A stretch of DNA of 61,902 nt, filler included, from Choristocarpus tenellus KU-1152 (taxonomy: Eukaryota; Protista; Phaeophyceae), in the NCBI GenBank assembly GCA_964200185.2. It is 11 parts of 11 records of this genome, joined end to end, with 100 filler letters (N's around TTAATTAATTAA, not from the genome) between each part and the next. Parts side by side here need not be neighbours in the genome. Positions count along the whole stretch, not along the records: positions 1 to 4,845 come from CAXNAD020012821.1; positions 4,946 to 12,173 come from CAXNAD020006506.1; 9 more parts are not named here. One strand, written 5' to 3'. Within the stretch, counting starts at the first letter, position 1; each line of letters opens with the position of its first letter. Under the pieces are notes generated by a model, which had not been told where the DNA came from, ran no database searches, and worked only from the letters and a program-made list of their open reading frames with translations. The position numbers were made by a program, and so were the translations under genes. Shown here in pieces: positions 1-12,273 of this stretch.

Positions 1-113
1 ACACCATACGCATCAAATACAGTCAAGATCCAAGACGCCTACCCATAAACTACAACCCCTCCCCCCTCCCCCCTCCCCTCCCCCCCCATTCAAACTCAAA
101 ACAGCCAACGCAC

Positions 114-1082
114 CTTCTCGTAGCATATTTCATTCATCAGCTGAAACCGCTTGATTGCTTTTTTCTCACTGACCCCAATGTACTGCTGCTGCAGTGGCAC
201 TGGTCGGAAAGAGTTATCAAAAAAGAACAACCCTCTCTTCGGGTCCACTCTCAGGAACGTCGCCACATCCTCGTAGTTGGGAAGCGTGGCCGATAGCCCC
301 ACAATACGAACCATCTCCTGAAAAATATTAACATTTCACATCGTTATTATTAATACTATTATTGTTATTGTTATTATTATGTTTAATATTATCGTTATTA
401 CTACTGCATTGGTTGCATCTTTTGTTTGTTTACAGTCGTAACTTTATTCGACCAAGTAAAAAAATAAATCAACAATAAACAAAAAGAAGATAACTGAATA
501 CTCTAGTTATTACCACTATATAATATGTATAAGATAAAACAGAATACTCTAGCTATTACGACTATTTATAAAATACACTCTCCAGAGTTACTTCCGTAAC
601 ATTTTTGTTCAAAAATAAAATAGAAAAACAACAACGGTGTGTGGCATGTCCCCCCCACACACAAGGGGCATACGATCGCAACACTCTCTAAAATAAAATA
701 AATTAAAATAATACAAAAAACCCAAAAAACTAAGACAAAGATGCGGCGGTGGCTTCAGCTTAGGTTTAGGGTAGGGGGCGTTAGAGAGAGGAGGCGAAAC
801 AAACAGCAAATCAAATCAAATAATAATAAAAAATATATATAGATATAGATATGTTTTTTTTTATGAAATCAGGAACTTGGAAGAGAACAGGACAGTAGTC
901 AACTTCTATTGGATGAGAAATGGACACCCAGTCTTGTCATGCACTGCCATGCGTCATAAGGATATCCATCACACCATGTATCATTGTACCCTCTACAACG
1001 GTAGAGGAGAACACCACCTTCACTCAGGGGAACCTACTAAAAAATTCATCACATGTTTGCTTCAACCCCAGAGTCTGTTCCT

Positions 1083-1118
<36 letters not shown>

Positions 1119-4100
1119 ACTCAACCCCCTACCTACCCTCTCCCCCCAGTTGATTGAACCTTGTCAATGCACTCCAATCGTAGAATCTCCACTTCTCTCA
1201 ATCCGTTAGGGTTAGGGTTAGGGTTAGGGTCTGGGCCAGGGTTAGGGTCAACTCCTTCAAGTAGAGGGTAAGGGTTATCACACAATCTACTCACCCCTTC
1301 GCGCTCTTTAGGAAACCCCCCCAAAAGCACACCTCACATATATAACAAAAACAAACCACAACGACCGGTAAACATCGCCCTAACCCTAACCCTAACCCTA
1401 ACCCTAACCATTGTCCCAACCAGCAGTCGGTCAGTCAGTCAGTCAGTCAGTCGCAAGCTGAGCAACCTTGTGAATTGTCAAGCACCAGTTCCGAGCCACC
1501 TCATAAACCATAACCTCGTGTACAAACAAGTCTAGGTAACTGTCAATCAACTACACAACATACCACAAAACAAATCTACGTAACCGACAACATCCGGTAA
1601 ATAAAAAAATAAATATAAATAATTAAATGGTTGCAATGTACTGTACTCTCTTGTTGCCCCTATGTACACATCGAAATTAACACAGATAAAAGACTGCAAG
1701 AACACCAAAGCTTTATCAATTCTTTTCCCCCACTATATATACTACATACATCCAAAATAAAATAAAATATCCTGCAGGTTCCTAAGAAAAAAAAACTCTC
1801 TGTTGTTTGTCCAGATGCCGCAAATGAATCAAACCTATTAATAATCAAACCTATTAATTACTACATCACATCTTGTTACAACCTATTCCACATCGCATCA
1901 CAACTCCTCCCCCTCCCCCCCCCTCCCCTTCTCTCATATCTTATCTCTACGTCAAAACACAACTGCTTATTCAAAGACCAATCTTGCCTGCGTGGTCTCT
2001 ATTTGCCGGATTGTTCTTGCAACCAAACTCTCCAGAACAGGTCCTCTGTCATCATGCAAAAGATGTATCTCATCAATGATCATCAATCGAACTAGCTGCG
2101 TGTACGTACGATCTCCCGCCTTCCTGGTGATGATATCCCACTTCTCAGGGGTGGTCACAATCACCTTCATTCCCAGCAACAGTGGTAGCAATACAGGTGT
2201 AGAATATACATATATATATATATTTATTTATGTATGCAGATATAAGAGTGATCAAACACATGCAAATGCAAGAGATAACAATACGGATGTACTATTATGT
2301 ATATATAATATACGCAAATATAAGAAGGATCAAACCCGTGCAAACACTAAAAAGGTAACATGGACGTAAAATATGTATATATAACATATGCACATATAAG
2401 AGTGGTCAAACACAAGCAAATGGTAAAAGATAACAATATGCATACATAAGAGGTAACAATGAAGCTGCATATGAACAAAAATAAAAACACAATATATACA
2501 TACGTAAGAATGACCTAACCCATGCAAACAGAAAAAAGTAACAGTATGGCTGTATAATATGTACATATACACATATATGCACAGATAAGATGATTTAAAG
2601 ACCGTCACTTACAAAAAGGAATTTAAAGAAATTTAAAGAACCAATCGCACTTCTTCTCTCTCCCCCCTCAAACTCTCTCCAGTCACCACTTTGCTTGTCA
2701 CTAATAGCACCACACCTGAGTCTCCTGTATCTGCTGTCTGCTGAGGCTCTGATCCCCAGAGAGCTCCTTAACAGATATCCCATACGAAGCAAGCCGAGCA
2801 CCAAACTTGATCACCACCTTTTCCACAACAACAGATAAAAGCAATGACAATTAAAGATACACCACCACCTTTTCCACAACAACATACAAAAACAATGACA
2901 CTTAAAGGTACACACTGTTGTGGTGTATCATAGGCAAAAGTAAGTCGGACGTTGCTGAGATTCAAGGGTAACATAAACCCTGGTCTTTCCAACACCTTCA
3001 CAAAAAAATAAAAAAAACCCATACAATACCATACAGTGTATCTCTAACACTCACAATATAGCCTCCCCCCTTCCTCACCCCCCACCCCCACCCCCAAACT
3101 GTTTTAATGTAAACCAACACTTTAATTGAGCAAGAGTAAGAACTTGACACTACTATTCATATTTTTACAGTGCACCCTTTCTCGATCACCTCCTGAACCA
3201 GGGCCTTCATGGGGGCCACATAGACTATCTTGAACAAATCCCTATCGATAGTCCCATCCTCCTTCCGATGTTGTCCAATCTCATGCAGCATTGCCATCAT
3301 TGCAACATTGGTCTTGCCTGAAGAGGATGATCACATCACACCAATCACACACAGTTGCAGTGGCAGTACTAAATCAATTTGGCACATACCACCAAAAACT
3401 TGGTATATATATATACCAAGTACGACGGAGAGAATTATCGTATATACCAACCACTATTGTTAATAAATCATTGACGGGGGCGGGTAGGGCCTGGGTAATG
3501 ACCACAGAATCAAAAACAATGTATACACATGTGTTTAATAAAAAAAATATTCACACATATTTAATTAAAAAATATATATACACACACACACGTTCAATTA
3601 AAAACACGTTCACACATGTTAACTAAAAAAATATACACACAAGTTTAATGTTAAAAAATAAAAATATTTTCCAATACTATTTCTGAGTGCACAGAAGCAA
3701 CACATATTTCGAGTTGACGTAGAAAGCAAAAGAATATATATTACGAGCAATAAAAACAAAACAAAATAATAATAATAATAATAATAATGTAAAAAAAATA
3801 CAACAAGGGAGAGTGGCACTATTCGAAGAAGGCGCTTGTCCAGCTTGCCTGCTCCTGTCGGGGCACAAACCAGCATGTTCTCAGGGCTGAGCATGGCAGC
3901 CTCATACATCTTGCTCTGTATCCGGTTCAGTTTTTCAGTACCCTGTAAGGCATTTTTCAGGAATGGGGTCACAAGGTTTCACCAAGTGAAGGTTATATAT
4001 ATATATATATATATTTAGTTCTTTTTTTAGAATCGGATTCAACCAATCAAAAACACCACCGGCCACGCAATACACACACAAAAAAAATAGATACGTTCAA

Positions 4101-4261
4101 AAAAGAGAGACAAAAAAAATGAGGAAAGTAGAAAGGAGGACACCTTGAAGGCGGTCTGTGCCCAATCAGGGAGTTCATTGATTGGCTTCAGGCGTTCCCC
4201 CTCGGATGCGACGTGTTTCACCGCCGGCACGTGTACCTCCTCGTATCCCTTCTTCTGAGCC
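114..4261 (-). CDS. BRR2: U5 snRNP 200 kDa Ski2-like RNA helicase (BRR2/SNRNP200), internal fragment of the N-terminal helicase cassette; exons 4261-4144, 3942-3849, 3317-3190, 2817-2716, 2164-1988, 317-114
   Basis: Spliced translation: [10 protein letters not shown]...[10 protein letters not shown]|[11 protein letters not shown]...CAPTGAG|KTN (Q motif, Walker A)...[14 protein letters not shown]|[22 protein letters not shown]...|[15 protein letters not shown]...[17 protein letters not shown] (DEIH)...IETTQ|[24 protein letters not shown] (SAT). All exon phases match. Gene is truncated at both ends. Confidence 0.97.
1206..1409. repeat. Interstitial telomere-type repeats, (TTAGGG)4 at 1206-1229 facing (CCCTAA)5 at 1378-1407, inside a BRR2 intron
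   Basis: Read directly from the sequence; a (GTCA)n microsatellite follows at ~1429-1452. Confidence 0.9.
2238..2595. repeat. Degenerate ~75-80 bp intronic tandem repeat
   Basis: Recurring TATAAGAG..ATCAAACAC.TGCAAA...AAAG.TAACA units. Confidence 0.6.
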
Positions 4262-4279
4262 CTGATAACAGACAAACAA

Positions 4280-4545
4280 GGGTACAAACACAAACACAAA
4301 AACAAACACAAGCATAAGTACAAGTAAAAGTACCAACACAAATACAAATACAGGTACAAGTACAAGTACCAATACAAATACAGGTACAAGTACCAATACA
4401 AATGCAGGTACAAGTACAAGTACCAATACAAATACAGGTACAAGTACCAATACAAATACAGGTACAAGTACATGTACCAATACAAGTACAAGTGCAAGTG
4501 CAAGTGAAAGTACAAGTACCAATAAAAGTACAAGTAGAAGTACAA
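4280..4545. repeat. Hexamer-based intronic minisatellite (TACAAG/TACCAA/TACAAA/TACAGG)
   Basis: Directly visible; it generates the spurious Tyr/Leu and Val/Leu ORFs. Confidence 0.9.
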
Positions 4546-4845
4546 TATTGAGATCACATCAACAACTGGGGTTTCAGTCCTGGTGCGTTATTAAAATTAC
4601 AAAAACAAACAAACAACCTTGATGAGGAGATTAGAAATATAAAAATAATCAGGCACACAAAATAACAATGTTACGCAAAACGCAACAAGCGGTCAATACA
4701 TTTTTTTTAATCCTAAAATTAAAAAAAATAACAGAAAAAATGTTTTGAAAAGGAGGACAGAGACAAACATTACCTACTACAATGTAGACATGTAGAAGCT
4801 GGGAGAGGGGGAAATGGTGGTGGTGGTGGTGGTGGTGGTTGTGGG

Positions 4846-4945
4846 NNNNNNNNNNNNNNNNNNNNNNNNNNNNNNNNNNNNNNNNNNNNTTAATTAATTA
4901 ANNNNNNNNNNNNNNNNNNNNNNNNNNNNNNNNNNNNNNNNNNNN
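4846..4945. other. Artificial contig linker; identical linkers at 12174-12273, 15814-15913, 19728-19827, 30366-30465, 36138-36237, 40362-40461, 48649-48748, 51250-51349, 56319-56418
   Basis: 44 N + TTAATTAATTAA (stops in all six frames) + 44 N, exactly 100 nt, ten times. Confidence 0.99.
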
Positions 4946-5030
4946 CCCCACCCCTCCCCAACACTCCTTATCCACCCCACTCCCACTTGATCACCCCTAC
5001 CTCTCCCTGCAATGTTCCCATCTCACTCAC

Positions 5031-7828
5031 CTCTACCCCTGTCCATCTTCTGTGCTCCCTCACACCCAAACTCAACTTTCTCCATTGGCATGTCCACTCC
5101 ACTCCCAGGCTTGCTCTCAGTCATCACCCCTCTCCTTGTCTTGACACTCTCCAATACCTCGTCTCCACTATCAGCAGCTGATCTATCCTGAACTTCACCC
5201 CCCCCTTCCCCCCTCCTTATCTCTGCGGGGACATTTTCCTCCACCCTCACTTCTTGCTTGCCCTGGGTTCTGTACCCCCAGAAAGAGTGTTGAACCATTG
5301 ATAGCAATACCCGTCTAGTGTTTCTCCCACTGTAACCCCTCCTGAAGCGTTGTGGGCTCTCCTCTCCTCTCTCTCCTCCTCCCTCACTCATGGTGGTGGC
5401 ACCCAGTCGCACTGCTGAGGCTGACTTGTCTTGGCCCCACATACCACGCCATCGTCCTGTGGTGGGGGAGATGCTGGAAGCCCTGGGGGACTGTCCGGAA
5501 GCAGTGCCTGAAGTGAAGGACAAAAAAAATGAGGGGGTGGGGGGTGGGGTGGGGGGAACAAAACCTTGTAGTTGGTTTATGTGGCCATTCCTGGCTGGAT
5601 GTTAAATACGCCTCCAATAAGCTCTCTCATTCATACTTGTTCCTCTAGCAGAGAGGGCTTCATCATTGCCAGCAGTAGTAGTAACAGTACACATTGCTCG
5701 AATCAGAGGTAGGCAATGAGTTTAAATGAATGTGCACATCACACCACAGCCACACTCCTAAAAGGTGCACAAGCATGAATACAGATGTGGAGTGACAGAG
5801 GGGAAGGAGGGAAGGAAATGAGACAAGAGGTCTGAGGACACCATGTGTACACCAACAGGGGCCTACATCCACTTCAGCCTTTGATTACATCTAAGAGTCC
5901 AAGCCACCACATGCAGGTGGAGAGCAAGGGCAAGAGACAACCCCCTCCAACTTCTTCCCCTCAGCCTCAACTTAAGATACGAGGGGCTTGTTCCTCCAAA
6001 CAAGTTTACCACAAGTTCAAAATCTATACTCAAACCGAATAGCGTACATTGCAAATTCGACTGGAGCTTCTTTCTGACCAAGTTGGTACAGTATTTACAC
6101 CGGAAAAGACCTCACCAAAACCTCAGTTTTACTAGACATATATCGAAGAAATCAAAGAAGTGACACTGAATAGGGTGAACGCAGTAAAGACCATGTCTGA
6201 CTAAGCACCTCAAAACCGCCTCACAAGTACACCATTACAAAGTTCTTGCAGCCCTCTCTGCGGCAGGAGCATCATTGAAACAGAACAGACTGAAGGGATC
6301 TAGGACATACAGAAAAGTTGAGGAATTCCCAAACACCGAGAGCAACAAATGACACTTGAAGGGCAATTGTAGTCTGTATTATATATTGTAGGAGTACAAA
6401 TCCCCACAAATGACTCTCAATCAAGATCATCATCAAATAGACAAGGCTACTCAAGGAAGTGCACTCCCACCAGCCCCTGTACATCAATCACACACAGAAC
6501 ACACGAGAAGTTATGGTGCACTGGACTCACCACCTCCCCACTCCGGAGGAGTATAGAAGAGACTTTCAGCAGCTGATGAAATTCTTGACAGAGTATTGGA
6601 AGCAAGGTTGCTGATACCACTGCCATCTGTCCCTGTAGCTGTATTCTCAACACCCACTGGGACAGATTCCTTTGCCACCGAAGGCATTTCATCAAACCAT
6701 ATCTCCTCATCTACATCAGCTTCCCCCTCCTTGCCCCTCACCCCCACACCCATCCCTCCATCAACCTTCTGTTCTGTTTCAATTCCATTGGCCTCAACAA
6801 CTCCCTCCACCTGCCCAGAAACCCCTGATCCTGTAACACCCAAGTCTTCTAGCACACTTGCCACTCCCCTGGGTTGCATGCCTGAAACATTTGAGGGGAA
6901 TTCTACCCACAGTGGGGACTGGGAAGAGTGACCCAACATCCCCAAGTCTGCTTTTGGATGGGAGGGATGCTGTCGAGCAGTTTTTTTCCGCACCAAGAGC
7001 ATCTGGAATATGTGTACATGTATATGTGAACAAGTAGGATGGGTTAGGGAGGGGTGAGATGGGGTAGGGTGGGGGATCATTGCTCCATGATTTTTTCCTG
7101 GTCTGGACAAAGAGGCCTACAGTACAGTAGATAATATTGAATTAATTTGGATTAGAGTTACTGAGAGCCTATGATAAGAAAGTTGGTGATATTTTCTGAG
7201 GGCAGTGGAAGATGGGGGGATTAAAGTGCTTGACGGAAGAAGGTAACCTACGTCAATATGAGGGCACGTGGGCAGACATGCAAACAGTCAAGTTGACACA
7301 TAGGGGAAGGACATATGAACAACTATCCATCCGACTCCTCACTTAACAATATGATCCCATTGCACGTAGTTAAGAACACAAGAACATTGACTTCAGTAGA
7401 GCACACGATTGATTTCAAAACCGCTATTTCTCCATCTTTGCATCGAGGGTTTAGTACTGACAAATTAAAGTTTTTTATGGCAAATTGCGAAGTAACCGAT
7501 CCAGTCTCATTGCATCCCCTCCCCACAACCACCCAACCTAACCCGTCCGCACATTTCTGAATGTCCTCTAAACATCTACTACTACAAATGCCCACGTCGG
7601 TCATACTGATGTGCCCAAGATGCCAGGTTCAAGATAATCGAGTGCAACTCGATTGAATTCCTGCCTCCAAGCATGATCTGTTACCTGTCCCGTCATCAAG
7701 CGAGGCACCCCAAACATGTGGTTCAATCTCTTGAGCTCCGACGTTGTCATACCATGTCGAAGAGCCACCCCAGCGAGAGTATCCCCTCTTTCGACGACAT
7801 ACGTTTTACAGTCGCTTCCTACACCGAC
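5031..7828 (-). CDS. LysM-domain protein with long low-complexity region (possibly OXR1/TLDc-like); exons 7828-7685, 7002-6531, 5507-5031; 5' exon uncertain (candidate ~9168-9046); 3' part missing
   Basis: YVVERGDTLAGVALRHGMTTSELKRLNHMFGVPRLMTGQ|MLLV is a typical LysM motif completed across a GT-AG junction; phases are consistent (0,1,1). The TLDc assignment is inference only. Confidence 0.8.
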
Positions 7829-10800
7829 CTGGCGCATGAGGGTTGAAAGAGGTGTCTTGGTATCGTAAATCGTTCGGGTCGATGTTATTCTCGATAGGGT
7901 AAGGTTGGATGATGGTCTAATAATCACAGGCATACCACCATTAAGCTGAGCATCTAACAAGCGCAACTGTATAGGATGCCGTCCTCCAACTTGCAAACAG
8001 GGGAAAAGATAAGGCTCCATAGCTTGAGTGAAGATATTGAACCAATGAATCCATACGTCTCCAATATACTTCCATTCACAGCGCTAGGTCAACCCCGGTG
8101 CTACAATACAGCACTGGCAATGATGGACTATTCGAGGATGATGAAAGAGGAATTTAGCGAGCGATTCGAACAGTGGATGCACATTACAGATATGAATAAT
8201 CGCGAAACGTGTTGGAAGAGGAAGGTGTTAGGTATCGATTTTACTCCGTGCGAAGCAGGAATCGAAGCTATCAGATTCGATGCAACTTCGGCATGTTCAA
8301 ACTCCAGTTTTCTGACTTAGAAGGCTCAAGAATTAAAACCGCCATGGTGCTTCCTCGCTCTATATCTGAATCACACCTCGTCTCCCAGCAAACCTTCCCC
8401 AATATCGAGACTCATGGTCAAAATTCGGCCTCTCTCCCATACAGAGACGACACAGGCCAAGAGGCCAAGTCTAGGGTGTTTTGGGTTGTTCCATCCCAAA
8501 TGTTTTCAATGTTCAATCTCCAAGGGTTAGGGCAAACTGTATGTATGTGTAACTGAACTTCTCTCTTCTCTATCATAAATCAAGTTGTTAGGAAACCAAT
8601 AATTTAAATTGTGGAGGGAGAAAATAGAGATACCCTTGTCATAAGTCACAAACAATGTAGGACTGGCCAAACTTTGACCGATTGCTTGATGTGGAGACAG
8701 TTTTGGATACCAAAGAGGATATAGCACGAAGTCAGATGGTTGGCTCGCATGGCTGAACTCTCATACCTTCAACTGTCAAAGAAAACGAAATCCACTCAAC
8801 AAGACCAGAAGAGAGGATTATCCCACCATGAAGACCTTACGTGTTGAAGGTGAGGGGATGAAGTGAGTTAAGAGAATTTTCGATCGAGTCATAGAGGATA
8901 CCGCTTTCATACTCTGGTTCTTGGTCTGCACCCATCGGCGTAACAGTGGGATTGCCCAATCCTTGGACGCCAAAAGTATGTGTGAACGATGACCAATTCT
9001 CATGATACTACGGGTCTATCTTTGATTGCTCCCCAGCTTTACATCTACCTCATCAACCAATGCTGTCGACTGCTGAAAATCACCTGATCTCCAAATTTCG
9101 TCAATCTCAGTTTTGGAAGGGAGATCTCTGGTTGCTGACGGCGACGAGGCATTTGTGGAGGTCGGCATCAGGGTACCAGGAGAGCGACACCAACCAAAAC
9201 GATCGAGCCCCGTCAAGGATGTGGTCAACCCACAGTGGGATGATGCGTCATTCAGCTTGTGAGTAGAAGACACACACAAAGGAAAGGATAAGAGAGGGAA
9301 GGCCACATTATTCAAAGATCTTACTCTGTGCTATGAATACACATGAATTAATTTCCTTGATGGACTTTTCTCGATATCGTTTTTGGGGGGGGAGCAAAAG
9401 TGTTGCGGGTGGGAGAAATGGAATACAGGCTAAGTCGTATGCATAGTTCGTTGTCTCGCAGATACTGCATCGATTCCTCTCGGTCGTGCTAACTATATCA
9501 TTATTCCAATGCAGTATGCAACCTTTCATGTGCTTCCCAAGTGGTGAATAGGTACACTTGCAGTACCACTTTGTCATACCCTTCCCCGATCAGAGAACCT
9601 GAAAGAGACTACTATTTCTCATTCACAATTTTCTAGATGACTTCATCCTACCCAGTCAATAACTGTATTCGCAAAACACCCCACATAGGCCCACTCCTGC
9701 ATTGACTATTGTCCTCCTAATTGTATCCAGCCCGGAATAAACAACCCACCCCAGCACCACTAAGGAAAGGATCAGGGTACAGCTCCCAGCACAATTATGA
9801 TTTTGATTTATTCAGACTGAACAAACACTCAAGTGATTACGTTATGTTTGACCACAGATTGATTGTCCAGGAAAGAGGTCTACGGTAGTAGGCAAAAGGA
9901 TTTTCACAGTTTCTCTAGTTTTGATACTTTGTATTCTGGAATATTTTTTTAATAGTATAATTTGAATGGCATTGGAAGTCTTCTTACCCCTGACAATTTC
10001 TCCATAGCAGCGGTCTAAAAAAGCTGCATGACTGCCTGAGACTTTCTTTACAGATAATATTATGGAGTAACCATTTGTATACCTACAATTACAAGTAATG
10101 GAAGAGCAAAATATCTATTGAAATCCTGATGCAGCTGTTGGTTGGATCTGGAAATGTACTCTAGAGTGTTTTCCTTTATAGTGGGTCTTGTGTCCTTGTC
10201 TTCTACCACATTACACTTGGTTTTAAGGAACTTGCACAATTGCTCCCCTGCAAAATGACAGTAGGTACACAATTACACATATGTTGAGGTGCTGAGAAAT
10301 CTGGTGGATTAACTTGAATAAGAAGGGGCAGTAGTAGTAGACACAGTATCAAACCATTGTGTGCAATAGTTAATTCAAAGATTTTCATACCCAAGGAAAC
10401 TGTTGCTCTAAATCAGCTATCCTACACTATTTCTGATATCATTCATAACTACAAGAGAGTCTTGCGATGGGAGCTTTCCATTGAAAATGTGGTGTTCAAA
10501 ACATTTTTCAAGCAATTTGAGGAAGTGATCCCACACTGGGCCAAAATGCTCTATTACTGCCTAGAGACCAACCACAGGAAAAATACAACTCCAGTGAGAC
10601 ACCATTCGTATTCCTTGCCCATCAGTCATGGAGAGCTCCCTGTAAAATATCATCCTTTCTTGGAGAGCTGTTGACGAGACTGCTTTGGGATTTTGATTGA
10701 ACCAGATTCAATACTGTAGAAGAATATGGCTCAATATGTTCAAATGTAATGCTTTTCCATCAAGGGGACCACAAATTGTAGTTGGTCACATGGAGGAGCA

Positions 10801-11196
10801 ATATTGACCTTATTTAGGAAATGTTGATTGGTCGATGATGAGAATATGCTCAATCTCTGTTTTGCTTGCATGTCAAGGAATAAGAGTCTATTTCAGAGCA
10901 AGAAGGACATTTCAAGTATATGGCCAGCAAGGGGAAATTGGTGTATCTACTCTTTCTTTGTGAGGGATCGGTTCCCACCTACTCTGCAAATGAGTCTAAA
11001 ATGAGACGATTTGGCTGATCATCACACAATTCTTAGCAACTTGATCCTGACCTTCCCCCAATCTCTTTCTTTTTCACCTTCTAGAGAGGCACGAGAAGTA
11101 ACCATTTTTCCTTTCACATACACCCTCCCTTTCCCACTGCTTTGATTGTGTTTGTCATCACTTGTGGAATGTATATGCAGCATGCTCCATGATAAG

Positions 11197-12173
11197 GAAA
11201 GAGAAGAAGGCGAGAAGGGTGAAATTGAGTTCCGGGTCTTCCAGAAGGCGCCTAAGCAGTACGAGACCTTGGTAGGGGAATGTATTGTTCCCATCACCAA
11301 GCTTGCTGACAGTGGCTTCAACCGCAAACCGTGAGTACCGATGGCATAGTTTGATCATAAATTGCAGACATATTATTCTTTCTTGAAAATCTAGTTTAGA
11401 TTAGTGGTGATCATATCTATGTCAAGTGAGCAAGGTCATTGTTGATGTGAAACATATATACCTAGTGACTGTTTTTTTCCCGTGAAGTTTGAAGGGGCAG
11501 AGTGTTTTTTTCGTGATTTCCATAGGAGAGCAATCTTAGGTTGCTTACTTGATCACAATGAAAAGTAGGCCTAGGATGACAAGCTTGCAGCATTTGTATA
11601 CTTCAGGGACAGATAGCAGACTGGCAGTTAACAACAGGTGATAGGCAAAATTTGTAACAATCTCATAATTGTAGGGCTGACAAGATGGACCATGATGGAC
11701 AGTCTACACTGACATCAACAAGATGCAATTTTTTCAATTTTAAGAGAGCACGTGATGCTTCATAAGTCTTCGGAATACCTGAATGTCCAACGTAATCTGC
11801 TCTAGGTTACATAACTACCATATTTAAGATCATTATTTCCTTAATGATACTTCTCATCCTCCAAAGGTGTTTCAAAACTCTGACCTTTTGACATAAACAA
11901 CAGAATTTTAAATCCAATAATCCCAGTGTATTATCCTTCACCTTTGTTTGAAGTCTTCGGCTGGATAAGAGAAAGGGCATAATCCGTGTCAATGCCTCCA
12001 TCGAGAACAGCAAGACCAACAAGCAACAGGACTCCAATGAGTTCAATCATTTTCAGGAGGCCATGAAGGTAGAGGCCCGATACAAGGGTCGAAGTCGCTA
12101 TTACCCAGGTCGAATATCAAGGGTCCACAGGGATGGTACTTGTGACATTGACTATGATGATGGAGAGAAGGAG
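11197..12173 (+). CDS. C2-like plus Tudor/Agenet-like repeat protein, fragment; exons ~11197-11330 and 11954-12173 (runs off contig)
   Basis: EIEFRVFQKAPKQYETLVGECIVPITKL...RKP|LRLDKRKGIIRVNASI resembles the second half of a C2 domain; FQEAMKVEARYKGRSRYYPGRISRVHRDGTCDIDYDDGEKE is a Tudor-like unit. The junction CC|gt...ag|T keeps frame. Confidence 0.75.
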
Positions 12174-12273
12174 NNNNNNNNNNNNNNNNNNNNNNNNNNN
12201 NNNNNNNNNNNNNNNNNTTAATTAATTAANNNNNNNNNNNNNNNNNNNNNNNNNNNNNNNNNNNNNNNNNNNN

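Noticed and set aside
877-1209. Poly-Pro/poly-Gly ORFs (also 15919, 36182, 48496, 48701, 49461, 49729)
   Set aside because: They arise from C/G homopolymers of uncertain length in introns or at contig ends.
4039-4557. 172-aa Tyr/Leu/Trp ORF and 115-aa Val/Leu ORF
   Set aside because: Translation of an intronic hexamer minisatellite; only 4261-4144 is a real exon.
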